Shown: positions 52,908 through 63,882, counted from the stretch's first letter. The stretch is 64,000 nt of DNA from an uncultured cyanobacterium (GCA_963718615.1 OY970368.1:3616001-3680000), one strand, 5' to 3'. Notes: generated from the sequence alone by a model not told the origin. Numbers and translations are program-made.

Positions 52908-53006
52908 ACATACAAAGTTGTATTGGCGAATACTATCGAATCGTTAAGTTTCTTTGGATTGAGTTTGTTGGAATTGAATTTCTTTGTCTGTTAAGCAAGT
53001 TTTTGT

Positions 53007-53029
53007 AGCCTCCCTCAGGAGGCTTTTTT
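53007..53029 (+). terminator. Intrinsic terminator of nblA
   Basis: AGCCTCC-CTCA-GGAGGCT followed by a T-run. Confidence 0.8.
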
Positions 53030-53223
53030 CTTGAGGAGCGCAAGGATCCCAGGGAAGGGTTCAAAAATCAAACCAGACGAGAACCGCTGATGGTTACCAT
53101 CAGCGGCAATCAAGCCCTTAGGAACGAGAATTAATTCAGATTGAATGGCAGGGGCGTGCACTCCCCCCCAAAGCAGGATCTATGATGCACCTCAATTGGC
53201 TTGAGGTTCTTAAACTCTCTTTC

Positions 53224-53763
53224 CTAAGCAACTCGGCGCTCCAGATATTGGCCAATCATCTGCTCTTCTCCAGCCCGCGAAATGATCGTCTGGCGTGTCC
53301 GATAATCCCGGTTTACGAGCTTAATCTCTTCCTCAAACAAAGAGTTATCGTATTCTGTCCGTAAAACCATGGTACGCGGATTCGGAAAATCGTACTGAGC
53401 CGTAACCGGTTGGGGGGTGGCAAAACCGCGATCGCGATACAACACCTGCCCCTGCACACCAAACACCGTAGAGCCGTTGACCGTCTTCTGGCTAGGACCT
53501 GCGTAATGACTGTCCCAGGTAATACTCACACCAAAGGGAAGCGCCTGATTGACGGGCAATCCATGGGCACTAGATAGGGCCTGAAGCTCTGGGGTATCGG
53601 CATCCAAAAATCGAATGGTGAGGTCACTGACAACCTCCTGAATCACTCCATTTTTGAGCGTGTAGTAGCGACGCTCCGAGCGCCACTGCCCCACAGAATC
53701 CCGAAAAAACTGAATCGCTTGGTCTTCTACGCTGGGATTGGCGATCGCTAAAGATGGCTTCAT
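53224..53763 (-). CDS. CpcS/CpeS-family phycobiliprotein lyase (CpcV-like)
   Basis: FF..SVGQWRSERRYY, LYRDRGF, EEEIKL and RTRQTI. Confidence 0.85.
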   Translation of the reverse strand: MKPSLAIANPSVEDQAIQFFRDSVGQWRSERRYYTLKNGVIQEVVSDLTIRFLDADTPELQALSSAHGLPVNQALPFGVSITWDSHYAGPSQKTVNGSTVFGVQGQVLYRDRGFATPQPVTAQYDFPNPRTMVLRTEYDNSLFEEEIKLVNRDYRTRQTIISRAGEEQMIGQYLERRVA

Positions 53764-54091
53764 AGAGGCAAGTCAAGGCTAAAGATAGTTCAATGCAAAG
53801 AGCGTGCGCGATCGCAAGCTTTCGCAAGGATTCTTCTTTCTAATGTAACACCGCTTAACAAAACTGCTGTGTCAAACCCTACAAAATCTACCTGGGGTGG
53901 GAGACCCAGGGCTACAAAAATTAAGGGTAAAGCACCTGAAATACCAGCATCGTAGTCCTGGTCCTAGGCTATGGGTTTTTCTTTAGGGAGTTAGTACCTA
54001 TCGCGTGAACATGATAGTCTTGGCTAGATATGCGGCTTCAAGTTCCGGACTAAAAGCGCTTAGTAATGTAGGTTTTGATCTCCCAGAAGCC

Positions 54092-54850
54092 ATGTCTCCC
54101 GCAAAATTACGAGTTGCCCAACTCTCAAAAGTCTTTGATTATCGAACTAAACGATTAACCGTTCTGGAATCGATTGATCTCAATTTATACCCGAATGAAT
54201 TCGTATGTTTAGTGGGACCTTCCGGTTGTGGAAAATCGACCCTGCTAAACATTATTGCAGGGCTAGTTTTGCCTTCTGGGGGTGAGGTTTGGGTCGATGA
54301 GCATACGGTTTCAGGTCCTGGTGCAGACCGAGGCATGGTATTTCAAAGCTACTCCTTATTTCCCTGGTTGACGGTTGCTAAAAATATTGATTTTGGCCTA
54401 AAGTTACAACGCCTTTCAAAAGCAGAGCGGCGAGAACGAATTGCTTACTATTTAGATGTTGTGGGTTTAAGCCACTTTGCGGATGCTTACCCAAAACAAT
54501 TGTCCGGTGGCATGAAGCAGCGGGCGGCGATCGCCCGCGCCCTAGCCAATGAACCGGAAGTGTTACTGATGGATGAACCTTTTGGAGCCTTGGATGCCCA
54601 AACCAAAGAGCAAATGCAGCAGTTTATGCAAGCCATTTGGGAGCGCACCCAGATGAGTATCTTGATGGTCACCCACGATATTGAAGAGGCTATTTTTTTG
54701 TCTCATCGGGTCTATGTAATGGATACCCATCCCGGTCGAATTAAGCAAGAGATCTCAATTCCCCTCCCTGAACATCGGGAACTCGCACTCAAATCCGAGA
54801 TCTCTTTTATGCAAATTAAACGACAAATTACACAATTGATTTCCCATTAA
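54092..54850 (+). CDS. NitT/TauT-family ABC transporter ATP-binding protein
   Basis: GPSGCGKST, LSGGMKQR and LMDEPFGALD. Confidence 0.93.
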   Translation: MSPAKLRVAQLSKVFDYRTKRLTVLESIDLNLYPNEFVCLVGPSGCGKSTLLNIIAGLVLPSGGEVWVDEHTVSGPGADRGMVFQSYSLFPWLTVAKNIDFGLKLQRLSKAERRERIAYYLDVVGLSHFADAYPKQLSGGMKQRAAIARALANEPEVLLMDEPFGALDAQTKEQMQQFMQAIWERTQMSILMVTHDIEEAIFLSHRVYVMDTHPGRIKQEISIPLPEHRELALKSEISFMQIKRQITQLISH

Positions 54851-54876
54851 CGCTCCGGTCTCTCTTTCTTAGCCCC

Positions 54877-55734
54877 ATGAAAACCGACGTTGTCTCTCCC
54901 CCTGCTTTATCCCCTTCCACCGCTGTTCAACACCGTCGGTTGCGAACCTCCACCTTCTGGAGCATTCGTCGAGGGATTCCGCTCTGGCTCAAGATTCTCA
55001 TGCCCTTGATTGGTGCAGGCATTCCCCTGCTTCTGTGGTCAATTCTGAGCTATAGCAGTTCCGTTTCACCGATTTTTTTACCTGCTCCTACACAGGTTCT
55101 ACAAACCGGCTGGACGTTGCTAACGGAAGGGGAATTACTGACTGATATTTTGGCCAGTATGAGCCGCGTTTTGCTCGGTTTTTTGGCCGCAGCCCTAGTT
55201 GGAATTCCCATGGGAATTTTGATGGGTACCTTTCACAGTATGGAAGGTTTATTTAGCCCGATTGTTGGGGCCGTTCGCTATATGCCGGTAGCGGCTTTTG
55301 TACCGCTAGTTGTGATTTGGGTGGGACTTGGAGAACCGGCGAAGATTGCGATCGTCTTTATGGGAATTGTGTTGTATAACGCTATCATGGTGGCAGACGC
55401 AGTCAAGTTTATTCCCGATGAGATTCTCAATGCAGCCTATACTCTAGGGGCAAACCGACGCGTGCTACTGTTTAAGGTGATTTTACCAGCGGCACTTCCC
55501 AGTATCTTAGACACCCTGCGGGTTAATATTGCAGGGGCCTGGAATTTTTTAGTCTTAGCTGAACTCATTGCCGCTCAGACAGGCTTAGGCTTTCGGATTA
55601 TTCAATCTCAGCGCTATCTGCAAACCGATAAAGTTTTATTTTGCATTGCAACGATTGGCCTGATTGGAATATTAACCGATCTTCTGTTGAAACAGCTTTC
55701 ACGGCTTATTACGCCTTGGTCTGATTCTCGCTAG
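54877..55734 (+). CDS. NitT/TauT-family ABC transporter permease
   Basis: TM helices, AAYTLGA EAA-like loop and AELIAAQTGLG. Confidence 0.92.
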   Translation: MKTDVVSPPALSPSTAVQHRRLRTSTFWSIRRGIPLWLKILMPLIGAGIPLLLWSILSYSSSVSPIFLPAPTQVLQTGWTLLTEGELLTDILASMSRVLLGFLAAALVGIPMGILMGTFHSMEGLFSPIVGAVRYMPVAAFVPLVVIWVGLGEPAKIAIVFMGIVLYNAIMVADAVKFIPDEILNAAYTLGANRRVLLFKVILPAALPSILDTLRVNIAGAWNFLVLAELIAAQTGLGFRIIQSQRYLQTDKVLFCIATIGLIGILTDLLLKQLSRLITPWSDSR

Positions 55735-55974
55735 GATAAATGCTGATCGGCACAGTCTGAATACAGACATATAAAGCTTAGGGACAAAACCTCATACAAA
55801 AAACTTTAAATTAGATTGGCTTCAGTGGCATTTCTATTGTAGAATTCAACCCAATTCACTGCACCTAAAATCCGAGAGCCCCTGAATAATTCAGTGCGAA
55901 ACACAGGTTGAGATTCTGAGCGAATCCTTCTCCTTTTCTTTCTCTCGGCTCGATCAACTCAGGACATTTTCAAT

Positions 55975-57003
55975 ATGCGTAGAAGAACCGTTATTCAGTC
56001 TTCAGCTCTACTGGCCCTGGGCACCTTATCTGCTTTTGGCCTAAGTAGTTGTCAAAATGCCTCCACGTCCCAATCAGGCAATCCATCAAAGTCTACCGCG
56101 ACATCCCAGAAACCTTTACAGGTGGCATTAGTTCCTTGGATTGGCTGGGGTCAGGCTCAGATCGCCCAAGTCAAAGGCTTTTTTGAAACTGAAGGTATTG
56201 CTGTAGAACAAACCGTTTTTCAAACGGTGAGCGAGGTCAATACCGCCTTTGTCGCCAAGAAAATGGATCTCGCTTGGTTGGTTGCAGCAGATCTGATTGT
56301 GCTGTCTGCACAGGCTCAGAATCTCAAATTCATTTGGACCTCAGACTATTCAGGGGATGTGGATAGTGTGGTGGGTCGTCCGATTGCCGGAGCGGAAGAG
56401 GCCAAAACTCGAAAATTTGCGCGGGAAGATGTTCCCTATGAAATTGTATTTCTAGGGAAGTACCTAGAATCATTGGGCTTAACGGAAAAGGATGTACAAA
56501 TCTTACCGTTGAGCACGCCCGATGGGACAACCGCTCTGATTGCGGGTAATGTTGATGCTGTGGCAACCTATGAGCCTTTTTTAAGCAATGCTCTTAAGGA
56601 AAATCCAGAGACTCAGGTCTTGTTTTCTCCTAAAGGAACCAACATTATTGTCAATGGTTTGGCTGGACATGGCGATCTGCTAAAAGAGCGTCGAGAGGAT
56701 GTTCTCGCCTATCTGCGGGCACTGAACCGGGCGGTCGAATTTTGGAAGACGAACCCCGAAGAAGCTAATGAAATTGTAGCAAAGTGGGTCGGGATTACGT
56801 CTCAAGAGGTCGCAGCATTGCTGCCGAAGATTGATCTGTTTGACCTGAAGGCTAATCAATCGATCGCCTTTGGGGCGAATAGTCCTTTGAAGGTAGCCAA
56901 GAGTATTGATGTGGCTGCACCGATTCTTGTGGGTGCGGGAAAGATTAGTCAAGCCGCTGCGGGCGATCGCTTTGTCGATCCCTCATTTGTCCAAGCGCTT
57001 TAG
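55975..57003 (+). CDS. ABC transporter substrate-binding lipoprotein (SsuA/THI5-like)
   Basis: Twin-arginine-like MRRRTVI, lipobox LSSC, PWIGW and DAVATYEPF. Confidence 0.88.
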   Translation: MRRRTVIQSSALLALGTLSAFGLSSCQNASTSQSGNPSKSTATSQKPLQVALVPWIGWGQAQIAQVKGFFETEGIAVEQTVFQTVSEVNTAFVAKKMDLAWLVAADLIVLSAQAQNLKFIWTSDYSGDVDSVVGRPIAGAEEAKTRKFAREDVPYEIVFLGKYLESLGLTEKDVQILPLSTPDGTTALIAGNVDAVATYEPFLSNALKENPETQVLFSPKGTNIIVNGLAGHGDLLKERREDVLAYLRALNRAVEFWKTNPEEANEIVAKWVGITSQEVAALLPKIDLFDLKANQSIAFGANSPLKVAKSIDVAAPILVGAGKISQAAAGDRFVDPSFVQAL

Positions 57004-60000
57004 GCCATCCCTTGCTGCATCAGTTTGCAAAATAAGTTAAGCTGCACCATCTGATCTAGGGTGGTGCAGTGCGCCGTGGCGATCGCCGGACTCGCCACCA
57101 CGATGGCTAAACACTGTGCCCGCGAAACCGCAACATTGAGTCGATTGCGATTGAGCAGAAATTCAATTCCACGGGGAGCATCTTCGGTGCGACTGGCGGT
57201 CATGGAAACAATTACAACTGGCGCTTCTTGTCCTTGAAACTTATCAACCGTGCCGATGCGAGCAGACTCTCCCAGTCGATCTTGAAGTTTACGAACCTGC
57301 AAATTGTAAGGAGCAACAATCAAAATATCTTGGGGGGTAAGGCGACCTTGAAGCTGACCGCGATCGCTAACATAAGGAATCCCCAATAGTTGCTGAACCA
57401 GGGCTGCAATAACTTCAACCTCTTCAAGACTGACCTGGGTATTGTCCTCATGGGGCACCGGCAGAAACGCCAGCCCCCGAGACCGATTTAAACGCCAATT
57501 GTGACCCTGAAGTTGTGAAAAATGGAGACCATGATGCTGGGTTTCGGGATGATGGTCCAGTCGATTTTCGTAAACCGATCCTGAAATAAAGCGACAAATT
57601 TGAGGCTCCATGCGATAGCTAAGGCCTAGAAAAATGCCCAGATCGGGCGGAATCGTCGCTTTGTCTCGCAGCCAATACCCCAACGCCGAGCCACCGCTTT
57701 CGCCGGGATGGCTTCCTTGGATTGGTTGTTCGAGCTGCATCGGGTCACCAATCAAAACTAGATTGTCTGCACAACGGGCCATGGCAATTAAATTTGCCAA
57801 CGCAACCTGTCCAGCTTCATCTACAAATAAATAATCAAATTGGGCGATCGCATCGGTTCGACAAAGCTGAAAAACCGTAGCACCCACGAGGCCATAATTA
57901 GGCGGTAAGGCTTCGCTGATTTTAGCTTTGAATTCAATTCCGGTATAGCGATCGCCCGTCTGCCGTTCCCCACCAACTTTAGCAATTTTACAACTGGATT
58001 TTGTCTCCGTCTGGAAATAGCGTTGAACGCGAACTAACAAATTGAGAATCACATCATGACTATTGGCTGAAATCGCCACCGATTTGCCCTGCTGAATCAG
58101 GTTCAAAATGATATGAGCAGCGGTGAATGTTTTGCCACTGCCGGGGGGGCCTTGAATACATAACGTACTGCGATCGAGCTGGGCGATCGCCCGCAAGCTT
58201 CCCGTCAATAAATCCTCCCCATCGACCAAGATAGGTCCTCCTCGATGGTGGTGAATGCGGGGCGATCGCCGCTCTAAAAAATCAGCCAAGGCAGGCTGAA
58301 GCTGTCCTGTGGCTTGCCACTGCTGAACCGTTTCTAGGATAGCTTCGGCAATATAATTTGTCGGAATTACGGTAACATCTAGCACGCTCAATCGTGCCGG
58401 TGGCTCCCAGTTTGGGGACTGTTCACGCACGGTCTTCAGCTTTGTATCACTCAGGGTTAGAATCGCTCGACCTCTAACTGTGTCTAGCTCAGCCAGGGTA
58501 CAGTCCTTGAGTAATTCTGTATTGGGGGTAAACCAACAGGCTGTTTTGTCCCGGAGCCGGGTTTCTTGGTCAGGATTAAATTGATACTCGTAGGCCCAGG
58601 AGCGGCTACGAGGGGTGGGGCGAAAGGGAGGGGTTGCTGTTCGCTCTAGCCCTGCCAAACAATCGAGTTCCTCATACAACTCATCTTCGTCTTGGGTGAG
58701 CCAGGTAAACCGCTGCCACCAAAAAGGCTTGGCCTCGCGACGGTGGAATTGGAGTAAATGGGCTAATAAAGCTTGAGTGGATTGACTGAGTTGAGTTTGG
58801 GACTTTTCTAGAGGTATTTTAGGCTCGATTTCAGCTTCTGACGAGTGCAACAATTCTAATGCTAGCTGGGCTGCGGGTGTAGGAGTCTTCGAGTTTTCAA
58901 GATTTGAATTTTCAAGGGTGGCTTGTGTTTCAGTCTCTCGATTGGGACAATAGCGAATGCCGGACTGGGATTGGAGCGATCGCAACCAATCTGCTAAGGC
59001 TTGAGTTGAATCACAATCATCCCGATTGTAATCTCGAATTTCCCGCAGAATGTTGGAATCTTCCGGCGTTTCTCCCGCTTCTCCCCGTTGCCATCGCCAT
59101 TGCCATTGAAAATATTGAACCACTGAAGCCTGGGCATTTTTCACCTCACCGCCACGGGCATGCCAGTAAAGATGCTCCAAGTTCTTAATGGAATAGGACG
59201 GTTCACCCACACACAATCCCTGGCGAACAACGCGATACAAATCCACAAAAACCTCCGCGCGTAGCAGCGCATCGAGCTCCTCCTCACGGGTGCCATAACG
59301 CCCCATCAAGCGTTTTAGCGCGGTAATTTCATAGGGCGCATAGTGGTAGACATGCATCATCGGATTCTGTTGTCGACGCATCCAAATCCAATCGATAAAT
59401 CCTTCAAAAGCTTGCCGTTCCGCAGCAGCATGATGGGCCCACCAATCCCGAAACTGTCGTTGCCCCTGCTCATCCATAAAAGTCACACCCCAAAGATATT
59501 CCAGCCCTGCTCCCCCCTCCGCCAAGGGATAACCTTCCAAATCAAAAAACACATCCCCAGGGCTGGGTGGGGGTAAGAGCGCAAGACCACTACGGGGTTG
59601 ATCGGCAGGAGGATAGAGGATTTCATAGGGGGGGCGATCGCCTGCTCGGTTCCGCTGCAGCCGCGCTTGACGCACCAATTTTTCATAGGTGGGACGAGCC
59701 AGCTTAGGGATCTTTTGAATTGAATCCGCAACTGCCAGATCTTGGACTGTTCGAATGCCTGCGGCTTCCAATCGCTTGATTTGAGTTTGGGTAATCTGGG
59801 CCACTTGACTCAAATGGTCTAACGCCAGCAATCGCTCCCGTGCCGCCTCTGCCCAAATCCCATGATCACCCAGTTGTGGAACCGGCGGTTGCTGATGATC
59901 AAATTTCGACATCATGGCCAAAAAGGCCTGTTTCACCTGACGATAATAGTGAAAATAATCGTCTGTTCGAAAGCATTGCCGTTCGCCCGTTCCTAAAACC

Positions 60001-60497
60001 AGTTCAAACTCAGCCGGACGAACCTCTTGAATCCGTTCTAGCAAATCACAATAGGCACAGGATTGTAGGACAAAATAGGGCTTCGGATGTAGCGCCAACT
60101 TGCACTCCAGAGGCAGGTAGTGCCAACTGCCCCATCGCGATCGCCCCTCCACCCGCACGAGAAAATCGGCATAGCCTAACCAATTTTGGTGGGCGATCGC
60201 CCCCTGATAAATCAGCGGTTTTCCCGCCGCCATCGCCGCTAACGTGGCCTGAAACCCACCTCGACTATCAATTTCATAAATCTCTGCTCCGACTCGCCGC
60301 AGGGATTCCACATAGGAGCGTTCGTGGTCTTCCCCCAACTGTTGGAGGATCCGCATCATCTCATCCGGTGCCGGTTTCGGAAGGGCCATTTCCGGATATT
60401 CAAGGGCGTAGCGCTCCATCCAGATCGCAAATTCGCTTTGGACGAACTGAATCAAGTCACGGGGAGAATAGAGAAGTTGGCGATCGCGTTTCTGCAT
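57000..60497 (-). CDS. TM0106-family RecB-like nuclease fused to RNase H-like and SF1 (Upf1/DNA2-like) helicase domains
   Basis: GYADFL..ECK, FFDLEG, SYSIKNLE, YNRDDC, GPPGSGKT, DEAGQ, TVDKFQGQE and NRLNVAVSRA. Confidence 0.9.
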   Translation of the reverse strand: MQKRDRQLLYSPRDLIQFVQSEFAIWMERYALEYPEMALPKPAPDEMMRILQQLGEDHERSYVESLRRVGAEIYEIDSRGGFQATLAAMAAGKPLIYQGAIAHQNWLGYADFLVRVEGRSRWGSWHYLPLECKLALHPKPYFVLQSCAYCDLLERIQEVRPAEFELVLGTGERQCFRTDDYFHYYRQVKQAFLAMMSKFDHQQPPVPQLGDHGIWAEAARERLLALDHLSQVAQITQTQIKRLEAAGIRTVQDLAVADSIQKIPKLARPTYEKLVRQARLQRNRAGDRPPYEILYPPADQPRSGLALLPPPSPGDVFFDLEGYPLAEGGAGLEYLWGVTFMDEQGQRQFRDWWAHHAAAERQAFEGFIDWIWMRRQQNPMMHVYHYAPYEITALKRLMGRYGTREEELDALLRAEVFVDLYRVVRQGLCVGEPSYSIKNLEHLYWHARGGEVKNAQASVVQYFQWQWRWQRGEAGETPEDSNILREIRDYNRDDCDSTQALADWLRSLQSQSGIRYCPNRETETQATLENSNLENSKTPTPAAQLALELLHSSEAEIEPKIPLEKSQTQLSQSTQALLAHLLQFHRREAKPFWWQRFTWLTQDEDELYEELDCLAGLERTATPPFRPTPRSRSWAYEYQFNPDQETRLRDKTACWFTPNTELLKDCTLAELDTVRGRAILTLSDTKLKTVREQSPNWEPPARLSVLDVTVIPTNYIAEAILETVQQWQATGQLQPALADFLERRSPRIHHHRGGPILVDGEDLLTGSLRAIAQLDRSTLCIQGPPGSGKTFTAAHIILNLIQQGKSVAISANSHDVILNLLVRVQRYFQTETKSSCKIAKVGGERQTGDRYTGIEFKAKISEALPPNYGLVGATVFQLCRTDAIAQFDYLFVDEAGQVALANLIAMARCADNLVLIGDPMQLEQPIQGSHPGESGGSALGYWLRDKATIPPDLGIFLGLSYRMEPQICRFISGSVYENRLDHHPETQHHGLHFSQLQGHNWRLNRSRGLAFLPVPHEDNTQVSLEEVEVIAALVQQLLGIPYVSDRGQLQGRLTPQDILIVAPYNLQVRKLQDRLGESARIGTVDKFQGQEAPVVIVSMTASRTEDAPRGIEFLLNRNRLNVAVSRAQCLAIVVASPAIATAHCTTLDQMVQLNLFCKLMQQGMA

Positions 60498-60560
60498 GGG
60501 CAACCAGAACCGAATAATACCCTTGTTCTATATACGCTTATTCTGTATTGTTCCACAACC

Positions 60561-60857
60561 CTAAACCCCTTGCGAGTTCAACCGAGACGAAAACCCCTCC
60601 CAACTCAGCCCCTCCTCCAACACTTGGGGATTGTGGGGTTGGTAGGGGCCTTGGAGACGGGCGATCGCCAAAATCTCCGCAGCATCCGGCAACACAGGCA
60701 CATCCGGGTCAAACTGAGTCGATCGCATCAGCGAACTCGAAAACCCCCGATAGACCATCACCTGATCCAATTCCCCCTCCACCACCGCATCGACCAATAA
60801 AACCTCTTGGGGATGCTTCAGCGTGTACTGCTCTAGTTGGAGTCCTCGGTTTTTCAT
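60561..60857 (-). CDS. Conserved cyanobacterial/plastid hypothetical protein
   Basis: LEQYT..PQEVL, YRGFSSSL, TQFDPDVPVLP and GPY motifs. Confidence 0.8.
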   Translation of the reverse strand: MKNRGLQLEQYTLKHPQEVLLVDAVVEGELDQVMVYRGFSSSLMRSTQFDPDVPVLPDAAEILAIARLQGPYQPHNPQVLEEGLSWEGFSSRLNSQGV

Positions 60858-60907
60858 CCTACCCCTCTATGGCATTTCCCCAGTCGCTCACCTCTAGTCG
60901 CTCACCT

Positions 60908-61513
60908 CTAGTAGCTCGCCGCCGAGCGCCCATGGCGACCAAGCCGGACCAAGACAAAATAGGCAAAGTACAACACATAAAGCACTAGCCCCACAATTCC
61001 CACAAATCCTAGAAATCCCGGTGTGGCTCCCCCATGGAACATCTGCTTAAAGCCCCAAGGGGGATCCAGCCAGAGTTTGCAGAGGGGTTGGCTATTGAGT
61101 AATGCTGCTTTATCCACAAAGGCACAGCGCAGGAAGACAAGGCTAAAGACCGTTCCGAGCCCACAGTAGAACGTCACTGCCCAACGCCAGGTATTGAGCG
61201 CTACCCGTAGGGGCCGCCAAGCCCGCATATCGGCAATATCTTCATTCAGGTCTGCCCAGAACCAAAGGGCAACCGGAATCAACAGCCGCGCGATCGTCGC
61301 CGAAATAAAGCTAATCGGTAATGCTGCGATCATCAAGTACACCGTAATCGCCAGCAAACTCGACACCCGCCAGTAAATCACCATCAGCCGTTGAATCGCT
61401 TCAAATCGTTGGACAAACGCCCAGATTGACAGAATCAGCGGAATCAGAACCGTGAAGAGCAAGGCTAGCCGGTAATCTAGCCAAACCAGGGGGCGAAGAA
61501 ACGCTTCAGTCAT
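60908..61513 (-). CDS. DUF3177-family membrane protein
   Basis: LVWLDYRLALLFTV and YWRVSSLLAITVYL. Confidence 0.85.
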   Translation of the reverse strand: MTEAFLRPLVWLDYRLALLFTVLIPLILSIWAFVQRFEAIQRLMVIYWRVSSLLAITVYLMIAALPISFISATIARLLIPVALWFWADLNEDIADMRAWRPLRVALNTWRWAVTFYCGLGTVFSLVFLRCAFVDKAALLNSQPLCKLWLDPPWGFKQMFHGGATPGFLGFVGIVGLVLYVLYFAYFVLVRLGRHGRSAASY

Positions 61514-61647
61514 AGGACCTGCTGAGGAGAAAACAAAAAGGGACAGGAACCCTGCCGTCGCATATTGTACGCCCTTGCCGCAGGCTGTCCACAGTTATCC
61601 CAGCCCTTAAAAATCAAACAACGAAAATTAGACAAAGAAAATTAGAC

Positions 61648-61678
61648 AAAGAAAATCGGACCTCTAGAGAAGGTCCGA
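61648..61678 (-). terminator. Intrinsic terminator of cp12
   Basis: TCGGACCT / AGGTCCGA stem with a TTTTCTTT tail on the minus strand. Confidence 0.65.
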
Positions 61679-61758
61679 CGCTCTGATACTGAATCCCTAA
61701 GAGAGCTAGGTTCAACGCATTCAATTCAACGCATCAGGTTCAACCCATGCCGCCGATA

Positions 61759-61980
61759 TTAGTCTTCATAAACGCGGCATTCGACCGCTTCAGGATTCTC
61801 TTCACAATAGCGCTGGAAAGAGGTTTGCTCGGGTTCCTGTTTTTGGTGGGAAGCTTCAGCTTGCAGCTCTTCTACCGCATCCCAGGCAGCGGCACACTCG
61901 GGGGAGTTAGCACCGTTGACATCACAGGCCTGACGCGCTTGGTCACGTTCCTTTTCGATTTCTTTCTGGAGGTCGGTCAT
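61759..61980 (-). CDS. cp12: Calvin cycle regulator CP12
   Basis: Two Cys pairs, AWDAVEEL and YCEENPEAVECRVYED. Confidence 0.95.
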   Translation of the reverse strand: MTDLQKEIEKERDQARQACDVNGANSPECAAAWDAVEELQAEASHQKQEPEQTSFQRYCEENPEAVECRVYED

Positions 61981-62575
61981 AATTTTGTCCACCTAAATGA
62001 ACTTCTAAGACAATACATCGTTACCGTTTCGGGCGTTACCCCGATATTAGCAGTCCCATAGGTCAGAGCTCCTATCTTCTACCGGAAGTGAAATATTTCC
62101 GGTAACAACGGGACTCCCTAGAAAACTATACCGGAGCAGCGTTTAGCGATCATGAACCCCTTGAAGACCATACCAATGACCTACGGCAGGTATTGTAGCC
62201 TGGTTCACCATTTTCGGGTGATCAACCGCGTATAGGCTTGCCTGGGGCAGAGCTGTCGCTGGTTCTGGAGCACCTTGCCAATCAAGGCATCATCTGGGGT
62301 TCAGTCTCTTTTGAAGAGGATTCCCTCTCCGCATCAAAACTAGCACAGTCCTCCAATTACGCGGGGGTAACCCGTTGCGATCGCAGAGGCGATCGCCTCT
62401 AGGATCGAGGGGTTTGTCGAGGCTGTCGTGAACTGTGGGACGTAATCGTGGGAAACTGATTTCCTACAACAGCGTTCTGATTGGGTTGCGCTCCGCTCCC
62501 GGTCGTTTGGCCGTGGGGCTTCTGAAGCTTCCACAAGCCACGGTACAAAGATCTAGCAGTTAGGTTCAAGACGCG

Positions 62576-63853
62576 ATGGTTGAGCCATCCCCCCCAAGTT
62601 CAATGAAGTGGGCGAGCGCCCTATCCACCCGCCCGTCCCTAGAGGCTGCGGTGGACGAGGTGATCGCGGCAACTCAAGCAGACCTTGGGGCTCCCGCAGA
62701 TTTAGCCTTGGTCTTTATCTCATCAACCTTTGCCAGTGAATATCCCCGACTCCTACCGCTACTCCAGGAGCGATTGCCCGTGGCGGCGCTGATTGGCTGC
62801 GGAGCTGGGGGGATTGTGGGGAATCGGATTGAGCAAATCGGCAAGATACCTCTGGACCCAGAGCAGATTTCAGAAATTGAAGATGAACCGGCGTTGGCGC
62901 TTTGCTTGGCGTCCTTACCGGGCGTCTCTGTGAAGGCGTTTTGGCTCGATGAAGAAGAATTGCCGGATTTGGATTCTCCGCCCCAGGCTTGGGTCGATTA
63001 TGTGGGAGTCCCGCCTGAGACCAGACCAGAATTTATTTTGATTGCGGATCCCTTTACATCACAGATTAGTGATTTGCTCCAGGGGTTAGATTTTGCCTAT
63101 CCTGCTTCAATCAAGGTGGGAGGCATGGCCAGTGGCGGCACCGCGAATCGCGCTAATGGTCTCTTTTGCAATGACCAATATTATGAAGAAGGTACGGTGG
63201 GCGTGGCGTTGAGTGGCAACATCACGATCAAGGCGGTGGTGGCCCAAGGTTGCCGCCCGGTCGGGCCAATCTTCCGGGTGATTGAGGGAGAACGCAACAT
63301 TATTTTGCAGATAGAGGAAGAATTGGGCGATCGCCCCCTCGATGCCTCTCCCCTAGAAGCTCTCCAAGGTCTATTGCGGGAACTCACCGAAGACGATCGC
63401 GAGCTGGCCCAACATTCTTTATTTGTGGGCGTAGCCTATAGCGAATTTCAGACCCATTTAGAACAGGGGAATTTTTTGATCCGCAGTCTCGTGGGCATTG
63501 ACCCTCGGGTGGGGGCTGTGGCCATTGGCGATCGCGTTCGACCAGGACAACGCATTCAGTTCCATTTGCGAGATGCTGAAGCCGCAACCCGAGATCTGGA
63601 GCGTTGTCTCGAACAGCATAGTAAGGCTATGGGAAACCAGTTGCCCTTAGGGGCTTTAATGTTTTCCTGTATTGGCCGTGGAGCTGATCTCTACGATGCC
63701 GAAAATGTCGACTCCAGTATTTTGCTGCGCTACCTTCCGCCTGTAGCGGTCGGTGGGTTCTTTAGCAATGGAGAAATTGGTCCCATTGGCCGAAATACTT
63801 ATCTACATGGCTATACGTCGGTTTTTGGTTTGATTTATGAGCGGAATGCCTAG
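62576..63853 (+). CDS. FIST N/C-domain sensor protein
   Basis: LIGCGAGG, KVGGMAS, VAQGCRPVG, FSCIGRG and GEIGP..LHGYT. Confidence 0.9.
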   Translation: MVEPSPPSSMKWASALSTRPSLEAAVDEVIAATQADLGAPADLALVFISSTFASEYPRLLPLLQERLPVAALIGCGAGGIVGNRIEQIGKIPLDPEQISEIEDEPALALCLASLPGVSVKAFWLDEEELPDLDSPPQAWVDYVGVPPETRPEFILIADPFTSQISDLLQGLDFAYPASIKVGGMASGGTANRANGLFCNDQYYEEGTVGVALSGNITIKAVVAQGCRPVGPIFRVIEGERNIILQIEEELGDRPLDASPLEALQGLLRELTEDDRELAQHSLFVGVAYSEFQTHLEQGNFLIRSLVGIDPRVGAVAIGDRVRPGQRIQFHLRDAEAATRDLERCLEQHSKAMGNQLPLGALMFSCIGRGADLYDAENVDSSILLRYLPPVAVGGFFSNGEIGPIGRNTYLHGYTSVFGLIYERNA

Positions 63854-63882
63854 AGTTTGCTGATAGCTCGCTTAGAGTTTGC

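Noticed and set aside
53960-54065. Guanidine-I (ykkC) riboswitch upstream of the NitT/TauT transporter
   Set aside because: Only vague fragments (TAGGG, GGACTAAAAGC). The conserved GGTTCCG, GGTCCGAGAG and CACGGCGG cores are absent.
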